This document shows positions 17,093 through 27,063 of a stretch of DNA of 32,000 nt, piece by piece. The notes beneath the pieces were generated by a model, which was given only the letters and a program-made list of their open reading frames with translations, was not told the origin of the DNA and did no database searches. Source of the DNA: Promethearchaeota archaeon. Its GTDB lineage: Archaea; Asgardarchaeota; Thorarchaeia; Thorarchaeales; Thorarchaeaceae. Made by a program: the position numbers and the translations under genes. Position 1 is the stretch's first letter, and each line of letters begins with the position of its first letter. The stretch spans positions 15,129-47,128 of the forward strand of contig JALVPN010000041.1 of NCBI GenBank assembly GCA_027031765.1, written 5' to 3'.

Positions 17093-18757
17093 ATGTCTGA
17101 CGAGCCCCGAGAAGAGTTCTCAATACACTGGATCCGCGACATTGTTGACAGAGTAGCGGCACGTGACGTTGACAGCCACCTCATCTCGACGGGCAAGAGT
17201 CCAAGTGGGGTCATCCACATCGGCTTCATGCGTGAGATCATAATCGCGGACATCATCAAACGGGAACTCGTCAGAATGGGGCACACTGCACGCACCATGT
17301 TCGTCGTTGATGACTATGACCCGCTGCGTGCGTTTCCACCTGGCATCACCCTGTCACCTGAGGACTGGCTTGGCGTCCCCTATTCGGACATACCTGATGA
17401 GTTCGGCTGCTGTGAGAGCTTTGGTGCACACTGGGCGAACCAGCTCATAGAGTCGTTCCCCGAGTTCGGCGTGGAGCCCGAGGTGGTCTGGACCAGCAAG
17501 CTCTATGAGACCCCTGAGATGCGCCAGGCCGTCCGCGTGTGCCTCAAGAACACCCCTGTGCTGCGCGACATCATGGTGAAGTACGTGGCCCGGGACTTCA
17601 GTGAAGAACAACGTGCCCAGTACGTCCAGGCGATGAAGACATGGTACCCTGCCTCGGTCGTGTGTCCGGAGTGTGGCCGCCTCCAAGCTGGAGGGAAGGG
17701 GGCCATCCGTCCAAACCGTGTCCTGGACTACGACCCGGACTCTGATGAGATATCCTTCAGGTGTGAGCACTGTGGCACTTCCATGAAACTCCCCTTCGAA
17801 GAGGCACGGCTCAAGCTGACCTGGCGTGTGGACTGGCCCACAAAGTGGTACGTCTTGGGTGTGACCTGCGAGCCGGCCGGCAAGGACCATGCCGTCAAGG
17901 GTGGCTCCTATGACACGGGCCTTGAGATCTCGCGCAGGGTCTTCGGGTGGCCAGGGCCCGTCAAGGTGCCCTATGAGTGGGTCCGGATTGGGGGCCGGGA
18001 CATGAGCACTTCCAGTGGCATCGTGTTCACCCCGAGGTCATGGTCGCACATTGCACCACCAGAGCTGTTCAGGTACCTGATGCTCACGACTGACATCGAG
18101 CGTGCGGTCAACATCCGGCCCGAGAACATCCCCGATGCGGTCGACCAGTATGACCGGTTCGAGCGTGTGTACTACGGTGTCGATGGTGCGGATGAACAGC
18201 GGGTACGCCTGGCACGGCTCCTGTACCCTCTCATGACCCGCGGCCCGCCGCGGCCCGACTACCTGCCCAAACTCCCCTTCAAGTACGCAGTTGTGATGGC
18301 CCAGTTGCGGCCCGTGCTGGGGGACGGCACCGTGATGGAACGTTGCAGGGCCGCGCTCATGAAACAGTACTCCCTAGAGGCCATCACCGACGAGATGGAG
18401 GAACACATGGAGGTACGTCTGGCGCGTGCACTTGCTTGGGTCAGGGAATTTGGTACTGAACGCGACCGCATTGAGATTGCAGATGTCGTCCCGGAGGACA
18501 TCACTGCGACCTTTACGGACGACGACCGCGAGTTCCTTGCACGGGTCGCAGAGTTCCTCCGTCAGGGCCAGCCGAGTGACGAGGAGGTCCAGACAGCAGT
18601 CTTTGAGCTTGCCCGTTCCATCGGTATCCGCCCCAAGCGGGCATTCATGGTCCTCTACAGGCTCATCCTGTCGCGGAAGTCGGGCCCGCGTCTGGGCCCC
18701 CTGGTCGTTGCGCTCGGCCCTCGCTGGGTCGCTGACAGGATATCCTCAGTGCTGTGA
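17093..18757 (+). CDS. lysS: Lysyl-tRNA synthetase class I
   Basis: GKSPSGVIHIG, DDYDPLR, CPECG/CEHCG, WRVDWP, EPAGKDH and C-terminal GPRLG motifs. Confidence 0.96.
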   Translation: MSDEPREEFSIHWIRDIVDRVAARDVDSHLISTGKSPSGVIHIGFMREIIIADIIKRELVRMGHTARTMFVVDDYDPLRAFPPGITLSPEDWLGVPYSDIPDEFGCCESFGAHWANQLIESFPEFGVEPEVVWTSKLYETPEMRQAVRVCLKNTPVLRDIMVKYVARDFSEEQRAQYVQAMKTWYPASVVCPECGRLQAGGKGAIRPNRVLDYDPDSDEISFRCEHCGTSMKLPFEEARLKLTWRVDWPTKWYVLGVTCEPAGKDHAVKGGSYDTGLEISRRVFGWPGPVKVPYEWVRIGGRDMSTSSGIVFTPRSWSHIAPPELFRYLMLTTDIERAVNIRPENIPDAVDQYDRFERVYYGVDGADEQRVRLARLLYPLMTRGPPRPDYLPKLPFKYAVVMAQLRPVLGDGTVMERCRAALMKQYSLEAITDEMEEHMEVRLARALAWVREFGTERDRIEIADVVPEDITATFTDDDREFLARVAEFLRQGQPSDEEVQTAVFELARSIGIRPKRAFMVLYRLILSRKSGPRLGPLVVALGPRWVADRISSVL

Positions 18758-18859
18758 CCCGGGGACGCGTGGCCCCCTGAGTGCTCACGTGTCCGTGGCC
18801 GCCAGTCCAGTCCGGGATGCGTCAGTGGCCTTCCGGTCGCAGTCTATGTCCCCAGCACC

Positions 18860-18867
18860 TTTATTAA
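18860..18867 (+). promoter_or_regulatory. TATA box upstream of the CDP-alcohol phosphatidyltransferase gene
   Basis: TTTATTAA about 46 nt before ATG 18913. Confidence 0.55.
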
Positions 18868-18912
18868 CCGACCAACGCCCGCGAGGGCAACGGTCCTTAG
18901 CGAGGCGGTCGC

Positions 18913-19599
18913 ATGCTAGGAAGACTCCGTGAACGCTACCAACGTGCAATGATGCCTGTAGGGCGGGCACTGGCGCGCACCGGTGTGACGCCCAACATGA
19001 TTACGTGTATGACCCTTGTGGTGGCAATGTTGAGCGCCCTCGCGTTCTATCTTGGCGACCTGCTCCTCGGCCTCGCCATCATGGTCTTCACAGTGGTGCT
19101 TGATATGATGGACGGTGCGGTTGCCCGGGCTGCCGACATGGCATCGCCCTTCGGTGCCACCCTTGACCACACCCTGGACCGCTATGCGGAGTTCCTATTC
19201 ATGTTTGGACTGATGCTCGGGCCGGCCGGTTCTCCGCAGAAGTTCGTGCCATGGCAATGGGGCTACTTCGCACTCTTCGGTATGATAATGGCCAGCTTCG
19301 TACGTGCAAAGGCCGAGTCTGTAGGTGGGATGGAGAGCTGTACGGTAGGCGTTGCCGAGCGACAGGAGAAGTTGATACTCATGATGGCTGGCATCCTCAT
19401 CGTCGCCCTCTTCCCAGACTCATGGGCACAGGCCCTGTCGTTTGCACCCGCCGGACTGTCCTCCCTCCTACAGTCCCTTGAGGTTGTGAATGTCCTCACC
19501 CTGTTCGTGATCGTGGCGGGTGTGTTGTCACATATCACAGTCGTACAACGGCTCATGTATGCACGGAAGGTGATACTCGGGACGCCAACAGGTGATTGA
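18913..19599 (+). CDS. CDP-alcohol phosphatidyltransferase (archaetidylinositol-phosphate synthase-like)
   Basis: TPNMIT, DMMDGAVAR...GATLDHTLDR, SFVRAKAES and GVAERQE motifs. Confidence 0.92.
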   Translation: MLGRLRERYQRAMMPVGRALARTGVTPNMITCMTLVVAMLSALAFYLGDLLLGLAIMVFTVVLDMMDGAVARAADMASPFGATLDHTLDRYAEFLFMFGLMLGPAGSPQKFVPWQWGYFALFGMIMASFVRAKAESVGGMESCTVGVAERQEKLILMMAGILIVALFPDSWAQALSFAPAGLSSLLQSLEVVNVLTLFVIVAGVLSHITVVQRLMYARKVILGTPTGD

Positions 19600-19658
19600 T
19601 GACCTGTCCCAATCAGACTAGAACCGGGGTTGAAGCGTGACAGCACTCCGAGCAAGGG

Positions 19659-20015
19659 CTAGTCCGTTAGGTCGAACACGCGTTCCATCGTCACTGTGAG
19701 GAAGTACTTTGCCTCACGCATGGCCTGTTGCCCCCTCTTTGTTATACCGTAGTATTTCCGTGGCGAGTCGTCACCGTGCTGTTCCTCAATCAGGCCGTCC
19801 TTCATCAGGCGGTATATTATCGCGTACCCGCTGACGGTGGCTGGTGAGAACCCGAACCGCTCGTTGATGAGCTCCTTTATCTCATAGCCGTAGTGTGGCC
19901 GCTCCTGCAGGAGACGCAGGATGTAAATCCACAGCATCTCCTTTGTCAACTTCTTGACCAGTCTTGTCACGGCCTTTGGCTTCTTCTCATGCCCCTGTCC
20001 TTCGGCCTCCGTCAT
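19659..20015 (-). CDS. PadR-family transcriptional regulator
   Basis: ILRLLQERPHYGYEI...YAIIYRLMKDGLI...RKYYGITKRG. Confidence 0.92.
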   Translation of the reverse strand: MTEAEGQGHEKKPKAVTRLVKKLTKEMLWIYILRLLQERPHYGYEIKELINERFGFSPATVSGYAIIYRLMKDGLIEEQHGDDSPRKYYGITKRGQQAMREAKYFLTVTMERVFDLTD

Positions 20016-20599
20016 GTGTGGACCATCCTCTCAAAGTATGATATCACTGCTGCAATGCAGTGACTGCTCAGGTAGCTGACCGGACCCAGCCTTACCCGGG
20101 GCAGGTCGTACTCCACAATGACCTCTTCGGTCTGGGAATCGAAGCCCCGATGGTCTCCGAGCATAAAACTGTTCTGCGCACTGGTCCGCAGGGCCCCAAC
20201 ACGGTCTATTGGGGTGCCACTCTCATCAAGGACCCATACGTGGTCGCCACGTTGCTGCAGCCTCGAAACAAGTCCGGCCACAGACTCGTCACGGACTGAG
20301 ACATATCCTACACTCTCTCCCCTGAGTGCATCCCGTATGAGCTCTGCCCACTCCACTTCACACTCTGGCACAATGTCCGGCCCCCTGAACGTGAGCGTCT
20401 TCTGGTGCGCTACCGACACTACAAGTCGGAGCTGTGACCTGGGCCAGCATGATGGCCCCCAACCAAAACACGCAGCAAGACACCTGCACACAATATCAAC
20501 ACGACGGCCCGTACCCGGGAGATCCTTGTAGCTGAAGTCCCCGCGGACTGACATCCCGGGCATTACGAGGATGAACGTGAGCTGTGTGCCGGGTGCCAT
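20012..20599 (-). CDS. trmY: tRNA (pseudouridine-54-N1)-methyltransferase, SPOUT class
   Basis: DFSYKDLPGTGRRVDIVCRC, FMLGDHRGF and RLGPVSYLSSHCI motifs. Confidence 0.88.
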   Translation of the reverse strand: MAPGTQLTFILVMPGMSVRGDFSYKDLPGTGRRVDIVCRCLAACFGWGPSCWPRSQLRLVVSVAHQKTLTFRGPDIVPECEVEWAELIRDALRGESVGYVSVRDESVAGLVSRLQQRGDHVWVLDESGTPIDRVGALRTSAQNSFMLGDHRGFDSQTEEVIVEYDLPRVRLGPVSYLSSHCIAAVISYFERMVHT

Positions 20600-20684
20600 C
20601 TGGCATACCAGCTACCGGTGAGTGTGTTGTCCACCCATTGTACCCGTAGTGCACCCGGCTGACATCGTGAAGTGCAGGTGACAT

Positions 20685-20969
20685 TCAGCGGCGTGGCTGC
20701 GGACGCCTCTCGCTGGCGCTGCGGATCTGGACGCGCCCGGCATGCACTGCACAGCTCACGCAGTAGTACTGTGTCACAAGCCTGGTCTGGATGAAGCTCC
20801 CCTGCTTTCTCAGCTCCCTTGCGAGCTGCGGGTCGACTGCTGAGACCCTGCGGGTAAACTTCTTCGCCTTGTCCGCAGGCACGAGCCTGCCGCACATGGA
20901 GCACTGGACAGTACCGGTCTTGCCAGCCTTGCCCTTGCTCCGTCCTCTGGACTTTCTCTTCTTTGCCAT
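20685..20969 (-). CDS. rps26e: Ribosomal protein eS26
   Basis: KKRKSRGRSKG...VQCSMCGRLVPADKA...YYCVSCAVH. Confidence 0.95.
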   Translation of the reverse strand: MAKKRKSRGRSKGKAGKTGTVQCSMCGRLVPADKAKKFTRRVSAVDPQLARELRKQGSFIQTRLVTQYYCVSCAVHAGRVQIRSASERRPQPRR

Positions 20970-21133
20970 GACTCACACCAGTAGCTGGCTCTGCCAACCG
21001 CTCGCCCGGTGGCCTTAAAACATTGTCCATGCTGCCCCCTGACCGGACCTCTTTTTTTTCCCCCCACAGCCTGGCCGCGCCAGTACTGTCTGGCCGTATG
21101 GAGGACATGCCCCTCCTGTTTGTCTGGCCGTCC

Positions 21134-22210
21134 TCAGAGGTACGGTGATATGGTGTCCAGTACTTGCTCTATGACCTCGCGGTTGCCCCTGACAATCAAC
21201 TCGTGAACAGTCCTCTTGAACCCCTGGTCAGACAGCTGCGGACAGGGCCGGCCCATCAGCCCCGCAAGACTCGCCTCAATACATGGCCCCATCACAAAGG
21301 GGTTATAGCCCCCTTCAAGCACCCAGAAGGAGCCATGTACCGGTGTGGACTCCGTGAGCCTGTGGACAAGGGCACCAAACTTCCAGAAGGTGGAGCTGTC
21401 CACACTCATGTTCCCTACAGGGTCGGCGTAGTGTGGGTCGTAGCCGGCGGACACGGCAATGATGTCCGGCTCGAAGTGCTCGACTGCGGGTGCAATGATG
21501 GAGTCCATTGCGTCGCCGTACGACTCGTCAGGCGACCCCATCAGGAGCGGGACGTTGATGTTCGTACCCACCGCCTCCCCATGCCCTAGTTCTTCGAAGT
21601 GGCCCATCCCACACCTGTCGTAGTCGTACTCGTGGAGAGAGATGTACTGGACGTTTGGGTCTGCATAGAATATCTCGGCGGTGCCGTTCCCGTGGTGGTC
21701 GTCAAAGTCGACTATTGAGGCGCGCTCCACTCCCATGGTCTGCATGACGTGACGCAGGGCAATTGCCACGTTGTTGAAGTAACACAGCCCCATCGCATTC
21801 GATGTGCTGGCATGGTGTCCCGGTGGACGTACGAGGGCGAAACTGTGGTCGACATCCCCGCTCATGACCATCCTGGCAGCATGCATTGCACCACCCACTG
21901 CTGCCAGGGCTGAACGCGCAAGCTCAGGGCTCGCATAGGCCGACTCCCCGAGGTCACCAGTCCCGAGTGCCGACATGATCAGCACGGCATCCACAATGTA
22001 TGGGGAGTGTACCTTGAGGACATCTTCGACAGTCGCCTTTGTTGACGACTCGAAGGCCACCTCTCCCGCGATGGCGCAGTCCCTGAGGTGGCGGAGTGCC
22101 ATCTGTACGCGCAGGGGGTCATCAAAGGCCTCCAGGTTCGGGCGTGGGAACGGCTGTCGGTGACGACCGGCCTTGCGCGCCGTCACAAGGGCCACCGTGT
22201 GTTCTGTCAT
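21134..22210 (-). CDS. Histone deacetylase / acetoin utilization AcuC family protein
   Basis: RPPGHHA, GLCYFNNVA, DFDDHHGNGT, SAGYD...DP and LEGGY motifs. Confidence 0.93.
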   Translation of the reverse strand: MTEHTVALVTARKAGRHRQPFPRPNLEAFDDPLRVQMALRHLRDCAIAGEVAFESSTKATVEDVLKVHSPYIVDAVLIMSALGTGDLGESAYASPELARSALAAVGGAMHAARMVMSGDVDHSFALVRPPGHHASTSNAMGLCYFNNVAIALRHVMQTMGVERASIVDFDDHHGNGTAEIFYADPNVQYISLHEYDYDRCGMGHFEELGHGEAVGTNINVPLLMGSPDESYGDAMDSIIAPAVEHFEPDIIAVSAGYDPHYADPVGNMSVDSSTFWKFGALVHRLTESTPVHGSFWVLEGGYNPFVMGPCIEASLAGLMGRPCPQLSDQGFKRTVHELIVRGNREVIEQVLDTISPYL

Positions 22211-22248
22211 GGTGTGGTCACGCAGCTCTCGTGGCGCCCGGCCTTAAA

Positions 22249-23709
22249 TCATCGCATTTCACCCGGCGGCAGTACCGGTGGCCTCGGGGTCACCGGGTAG
22301 ACGAACCTGTAGAGCACATTCAGCACCCTTGCTGATGCAGCCCCTGCTCTTGGTGACAGGCGGAGTCCCCGGACGGGGTCTGCTGCAATCACAGCGTCAA
22401 TGAGGTCGGCCGCACGCGTGAACTCGCGCCGCTCCCAGGCATAGAGGTGGCCGTCCTTCTCAACACAGTCGGGGTGGCGCCGTGAGAACTCTTCCACTGC
22501 CGCTTCCAGGTGCAGGGGTGGCCCCTTCCTGAGGTAGGTCGCCCCTATGGTCGGGTGTTCCACTATGACGCCAAGCGCGAGGGTCTCGCCATCAATCAGG
22601 ACTTCGGTCAGCGACCTACCGAACCTGGGCTCGCCTGTCCTCTCCCGCAGCAGTGCCTTCTCAAGTCTCCTGCTGACCCGGTATAGCTTGTCTCGGAGTG
22701 TGGTGTAGTGTACGTCTCCGGTCATGACGAACTCGCGGGCGAAGGCGTGTGGGGCAAGCCACTCGGGCAGCGGGTCGGTGGGGATGGGCCTCTCAATGAA
22801 CATCTGCTCCGCCTCCCTCGTGCTACTGGAGCTGAGCAGGTGCTCAAGGTGTGCGACCCGGTGGACGAGCCACCTGTGACCCCGGGGGTCGAAACTTGAT
22901 GCGACGTTCCGTCGTGGGTCTGTGGGGTCCACTATGAACAGCCGGTCATCCCTGAACGTCGGTACCTCTCTCAACTCAGCAAGGCCCCTACCAAGCGGGT
23001 CGACGGGCTCCTCTGACAGGCGGGCCAGCGCCCGCATTGCGCCTGTCAGGCCGCGTCTTGCTATCACCAGCACCTCAATGGCGTACCCGGTGAAGCCCAT
23101 CCGCCCCACTGCGCACATGTCCCCATAGGCATGAGAGGCACGCACAAATGACTTGAGCAGTCGTACGTCGTCCCGTAGCCTCTCGTCAAGGTGCTCGACA
23201 ACGTACCGGGTGTGGTGTATGGTCCTGTCGACGGCGGTGACTGGTCCGAGGCGGGCAAGTTGTCCGGCCGGGATGTCGAAGCAGCCGACGATGTCCACAT
23301 CGAACCCCTCGTAGAGTAGCGACAGGTACGGGTGCTGCGAGTAGGTCTTCTGGATGTTGGAGGCGCCCAGTGCGCGTGCAGCCCCTGTGAACCACGTGCC
23401 CACAAGGCGGTCAAAGAGGGCGCTGAGTTGCTGCTGGCACTGGGCCCGGGGCAGTGAGAGTATGTCCTCATAGTCCTCGGGTCTGAGGGCCACGAACATG
23501 TCTATGTCAGACGCATCCCGCAGCTGGGTCTGTTTCCGCCCGGTGGAGCCCTGTGCCTCAATGAAAGAGTATGAGATGCCGTGTTCCTCAGCCCATGTCC
23601 TGAGGGCCCCCTCTATGTTGTGGATTGCTATCTGTTGCTCCACGAGCTCGTCCTGTGTGGGCGTTATCTTTGCAAGCACGTGCTCTCTCAGTTGCTCCGG
23701 GACTTCCAT
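22249..23709 (-). CDS. cca: CCA-adding enzyme (archaeal class I tRNA nucleotidyltransferase)
   Basis: QGS...TQL...SDIDMFV, YSQHPYL, DVDIVGC, VDRTIHHT, DVRLLKSF, GFTGYAIEVL and DPTDPRRNVA. Start at ATG 23709. Confidence 0.9.
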   Translation of the reverse strand: MEVPEQLREHVLAKITPTQDELVEQQIAIHNIEGALRTWAEEHGISYSFIEAQGSTGRKQTQLRDASDIDMFVALRPEDYEDILSLPRAQCQQQLSALFDRLVGTWFTGAARALGASNIQKTYSQHPYLSLLYEGFDVDIVGCFDIPAGQLARLGPVTAVDRTIHHTRYVVEHLDERLRDDVRLLKSFVRASHAYGDMCAVGRMGFTGYAIEVLVIARRGLTGAMRALARLSEEPVDPLGRGLAELREVPTFRDDRLFIVDPTDPRRNVASSFDPRGHRWLVHRVAHLEHLLSSSSTREAEQMFIERPIPTDPLPEWLAPHAFAREFVMTGDVHYTTLRDKLYRVSRRLEKALLRERTGEPRFGRSLTEVLIDGETLALGVIVEHPTIGATYLRKGPPLHLEAAVEEFSRRHPDCVEKDGHLYAWERREFTRAADLIDAVIAADPVRGLRLSPRAGAASARVLNVLYRFVYPVTPRPPVLPPGEMR

Positions 23710-23782
23710 GTCCACCACGGCCTGCACCGCAGGGCACGACCACTGCGGGGCCCCTGAACCCTGCTGCACCCATCACAGCTCA

Positions 23783-23791
23783 CTTTTAAAG
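23783..23791. promoter_or_regulatory. Near-palindromic TATA element between divergent cca and NUDIX genes
   Basis: CTTTTAAAG is the only AT-rich tract in the ~110-nt divergent gap. Confidence 0.55.
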
Positions 23792-23819
23792 CGTCCTGCT
23801 GTGCGCCACAGACAGCGAC

Positions 23820-24329
23820 ATGTCGGACGGGCACACCATGACGGAAACGCTCCCAATTGCAATCACAGTCCTCCGGTGCGGCAGCGGGTTCGTGTTCCTG
23901 AGGCGGCGGAACCCACCGTATGAACACCTGTGGAGCCTTGTTGGTGGCAAGGTCAATGTGGGGGAGCATATCAGGAGTGCCGCCATACGCGAGGTCATGG
24001 AAGAGACCGGTGCCGATACCGTCCGCGACTACACGCTGAGGGGTGTCGTCTCAGAGCGCCTGCTTGACCACGACGGCTCCCTCCTCGCACACTTCCTGAT
24101 CTTCGTGGGACACGCCGAGATAGACTCGTTCGTGCCCTCGGGTCGGGAGGGCGAGCTCGCGCTCTTCACTCCGGCAGAGGTCGAGGCGCGCCGGGACGAG
24201 TTCCTGCCCTCTGACCTCGAAATGTTCAGGACAATGAGCACCCCCGGCTCCGGGACAGTCTTGTACGAGGCGGAGCTGGTACGGCTCGACAGGTATGTCC
24301 TCAGGTACTACAGGATGGCTGGGAATTGA
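23820..24329 (+). CDS. NUDIX hydrolase
   Basis: Nudix box GGKVNVGEHIRSAAIREVMEETG. Confidence 0.92.
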   Translation: MSDGHTMTETLPIAITVLRCGSGFVFLRRRNPPYEHLWSLVGGKVNVGEHIRSAAIREVMEETGADTVRDYTLRGVVSERLLDHDGSLLAHFLIFVGHAEIDSFVPSGREGELALFTPAEVEARRDEFLPSDLEMFRTMSTPGSGTVLYEAELVRLDRYVLRYYRMAGN

Positions 24330-25366
24330 GGACTGGAGATATCGAAGTGCGTCCCCTTGCTGGGGAGAGCATGGGTGTGCGGTCAATGTGCACAGAGGTC
24401 ATCACACCTGACCTCCGCATTGTACTCGACCCATCGGCAGCGCTCTCCCGCAGGTCGGGCCTTGACCCACACCCCACGGAGTACCGTCGTCTGCTCGCCA
24501 CACTGGAGCAGGTCTTCAGGGCCGCAAGACGCGCTGATGTCCTGTTCATCTCCCACTACCACTATGACCACGTCCGCCCCGGCTTCACGGACTACCAGTA
24601 CAACATGAGTTGCCGCGAGGAGCTCCTCCGCATGTTCGAGGGCAAGCATGTGCTGGCCAAGGACAACCGGTCAAAGATCAACCCCTCCCAGCGCAGACGG
24701 GGGTACTACTTTGAGAAGGACGTTGGACCAGTAGCCGTCGTACTCGAGTGGTGTGACGGCCGTACGTTCGAGTTCGGTGGCACACGCATAACGGTCTCAC
24801 CTCCACTCCCACACGGCCCCGAGGGGACACGCCTCGGCTACGTTGTTGCAGCAACGGTCTCGCATGGCGACTCCGCCGTGGTATATGCCCCTGATGTCCA
24901 GGGGCCGGTCTCGTCCAGTTCCCTGCTGTACCTTGAGCGTCAGAAACCTGACCTGTGCATCGTGGGTGGCCCGCCGGTCTACCTGTCCCGGTTCACCGAA
25001 GAGAGCCGCAGCGCCGCGCGCGAGTCGCTCATCAGGCTCGCAACGGTCGTCCCGGTGCTTGTGGTCGACCACCACCTGTTGCGCTCTGCGGACTGGGAGA
25101 CGTGGCTGAGGCCGGTAGTCTATGCGGCCTCTCAGTACGGCCATCATGTCTACACTCTCGCCCACCTGGCAGGCCAGCCGCCAGACTGCCTCGAGAGCCG
25201 CCGTGCAGACCTGTACGCCGCATCCCCGCCGCCGCCAGAGTTCACTGGATGGACCGCACTGCCCCGGGACGCGAAGTCCAAGACGATGCCCCCAGTGGGC
25301 TCTCCGCCGCCAGCATGGTATTACGATAGAGACGACAAACCCTCTAATAGTATTGAGGAGGACTAG
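24326..25366 (+). CDS. Metallo-beta-lactamase-fold hydrolase, UPF0282-like
   Basis: LAGESMGVRSM, SHYHYDH, PLPHG...LGYV, DVQGP and VDHHLLR motifs. The TTG start overlaps the NUDIX stop. Confidence 0.88.
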   Translation: MRTGDIEVRPLAGESMGVRSMCTEVITPDLRIVLDPSAALSRRSGLDPHPTEYRRLLATLEQVFRAARRADVLFISHYHYDHVRPGFTDYQYNMSCREELLRMFEGKHVLAKDNRSKINPSQRRRGYYFEKDVGPVAVVLEWCDGRTFEFGGTRITVSPPLPHGPEGTRLGYVVAATVSHGDSAVVYAPDVQGPVSSSSLLYLERQKPDLCIVGGPPVYLSRFTEESRSAARESLIRLATVVPVLVVDHHLLRSADWETWLRPVVYAASQYGHHVYTLAHLAGQPPDCLESRRADLYAASPPPPEFTGWTALPRDAKSKTMPPVGSPPPAWYYDRDDKPSNSIEED

Positions 25367-25424
25367 ACATGATGCCCCCAGCACCTGTTTCTGCTGCAGG
25401 ACGTACCCTAGTAGGTGGGACTCG

Positions 25425-26012
25425 ATGGTGACGCCAGCGGTCGACTCAGATGATACCCGGAGCACCATGAGCTCCGATGTCTCCTCAACACGCGAGCTGC
25501 TACAACGCTTCAAGTCGGCAGTGAAGGAGGCCCACGGCCTACTTCAGGGCGAGGAGTACCAGCGGGCCATGGCACTGTACTTTGATGCCAGCCAGTCGGC
25601 AGACGAGATGTGCGAACGGTTCTTCACACTGCTCATGCGCACGGCCCCCAGCGATGCGCACCGCGTCCTACTTGTGGAGCTCCTCAGCTGGCGTCTCCGA
25701 TACCTCACTGCACAGCACCAGTACCACCTGGCAGTGGCAAAGACCCTGACCGGCCTGCCAAGAGAAGAGTGGATTGCACGGGTCGAGACAATAGTCATCC
25801 TCTCCCAGAGCCTCGTGGCAAAACTCCTCCCCGCACTGGAACTCGTCGGCTCGTCCTCACTCGGTCACAGGATCCGCTCGCTCCTCGCTGACTGGACGGA
25901 GTCTGTCCGTGACCTTGTCACAAACCTCAGGAACTGGGGCCTCGCCAGCGCCCAGGCTGCACGTGTCCTGGAGTGGGCTATCGATAACAGACTTGTTGGT
26001 GACCGCACATAG
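25425..26012 (+). CDS. Hypothetical all-alpha protein (start 25425 or 25467)
   Basis: Long amphipathic-helix-like ORF with AGGTGG upstream. Confidence 0.7.
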   Translation: MVTPAVDSDDTRSTMSSDVSSTRELLQRFKSAVKEAHGLLQGEEYQRAMALYFDASQSADEMCERFFTLLMRTAPSDAHRVLLVELLSWRLRYLTAQHQYHLAVAKTLTGLPREEWIARVETIVILSQSLVAKLLPALELVGSSSLGHRIRSLLADWTESVRDLVTNLRNWGLASAQAARVLEWAIDNRLVGDRT

Positions 26013-26098
26013 TGACTCAGCCCCTACTCGTGTGCTGTCCCATGTCCAAGAGCACCTGCATGGACAGTCCAGACCAGACTACACCAGACCAGACCGAC

Positions 26099-26317
26099 TC
26101 ACTCGGACTTGGACTTCCCCTCAACGCACGCAGTCGCGACCTCTGTATCGGCAATCTGATAGTGGCTGTCAATATACACTATAAGGTAGTGGTCCTGATG
26201 TTTCACCACAATTGGTGCCGGGAACCGTTTCACGTCCTCCATGGCATTGTCAGGGATATTCCAGTAGATAGTCTCCTTGCACACGGGGCATTGGAGCCAC
26301 TTCAGGCTTTCAGTCAT
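26099..26317 (-). CDS. Small hypothetical CxxC protein
   Basis: MTESLKWLQCPVCK...RFPAPIVVKHQDHYLIVYID; AT-rich TATA-like tract near 26368-26375. Confidence 0.7.
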   Translation of the reverse strand: MTESLKWLQCPVCKETIYWNIPDNAMEDVKRFPAPIVVKHQDHYLIVYIDSHYQIADTEVATACVEGKSKSE

Positions 26318-27063
26318 CAGAACCACCTGTGTATGCCGACCGGCAGCGTGTGAATCAACAATCGTAGTAAATAATGTTTTCTTGAACTATGTCTGGGCCG
26401 TCTTCTTGAATATGGCTGGTCAGTTCTGGGCACTGAAGAAGAGTGCGAGAAGTGGTATCCGGAGCAGGCTACAGAGTGCAGCAACGGGAACAGAGCTGCC
26501 ATGCGGGAGAGGAATCCTGGTACCTGCTGATAGCGTCATCATCTCGGATGGTATGAAGACTCTGACTTTCCCAAGATCACTCTTTGCAAATCCCTCCCGT
26601 GGACTCTTCTACCACTATCTCCGGAAAGACATCTCAGGTCCAAGATCCGAAGGGCTCTGGTCGACCTACCATGTTCTGAACAACCGGACTTCACACCAGA
26701 AGCCATCCATCTTGCTGCAGGTACTGATGCTGGATCAATGCTATTGCAGGACAGCTCACAACCACCGCTGGATGTCCATACTTGATAGGACCGTAGTTGG
26801 ACGTTCTCGATTCCCAAGTAGGAAGAGCAATGCACGGAGCATAGGTCAGTCCTTGGGCCCTCATCTTGTGGGTACTAGTGTCCGAACGCCTTGGATGATG
26901 TCCCGAGTATTGCAGAGTATCGTAGTTGGATTCGGTTTGTTCCCATATGGTCATTCAACTCTCCCTGACAACTCACACAGATAGTTGCATAGCTGCGGGA
27001 TACGCACGGATGCCTTGTGGGGGATAGTATAGGGGCAGCACTGATTGCTAGTATCACAGTCGT

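Noticed and set aside
21052-21065. T8C6 tract as an archaeal terminator
   Set aside because: Flanking genes are on the minus strand, where it reads G6A8.
26277-26984. 235-aa plus-strand ORF (or from ATG 26412)
   Set aside because: No recognisable motif, Ser/Arg-rich, and overlaps the upstream gene start; coding status cannot be supported.
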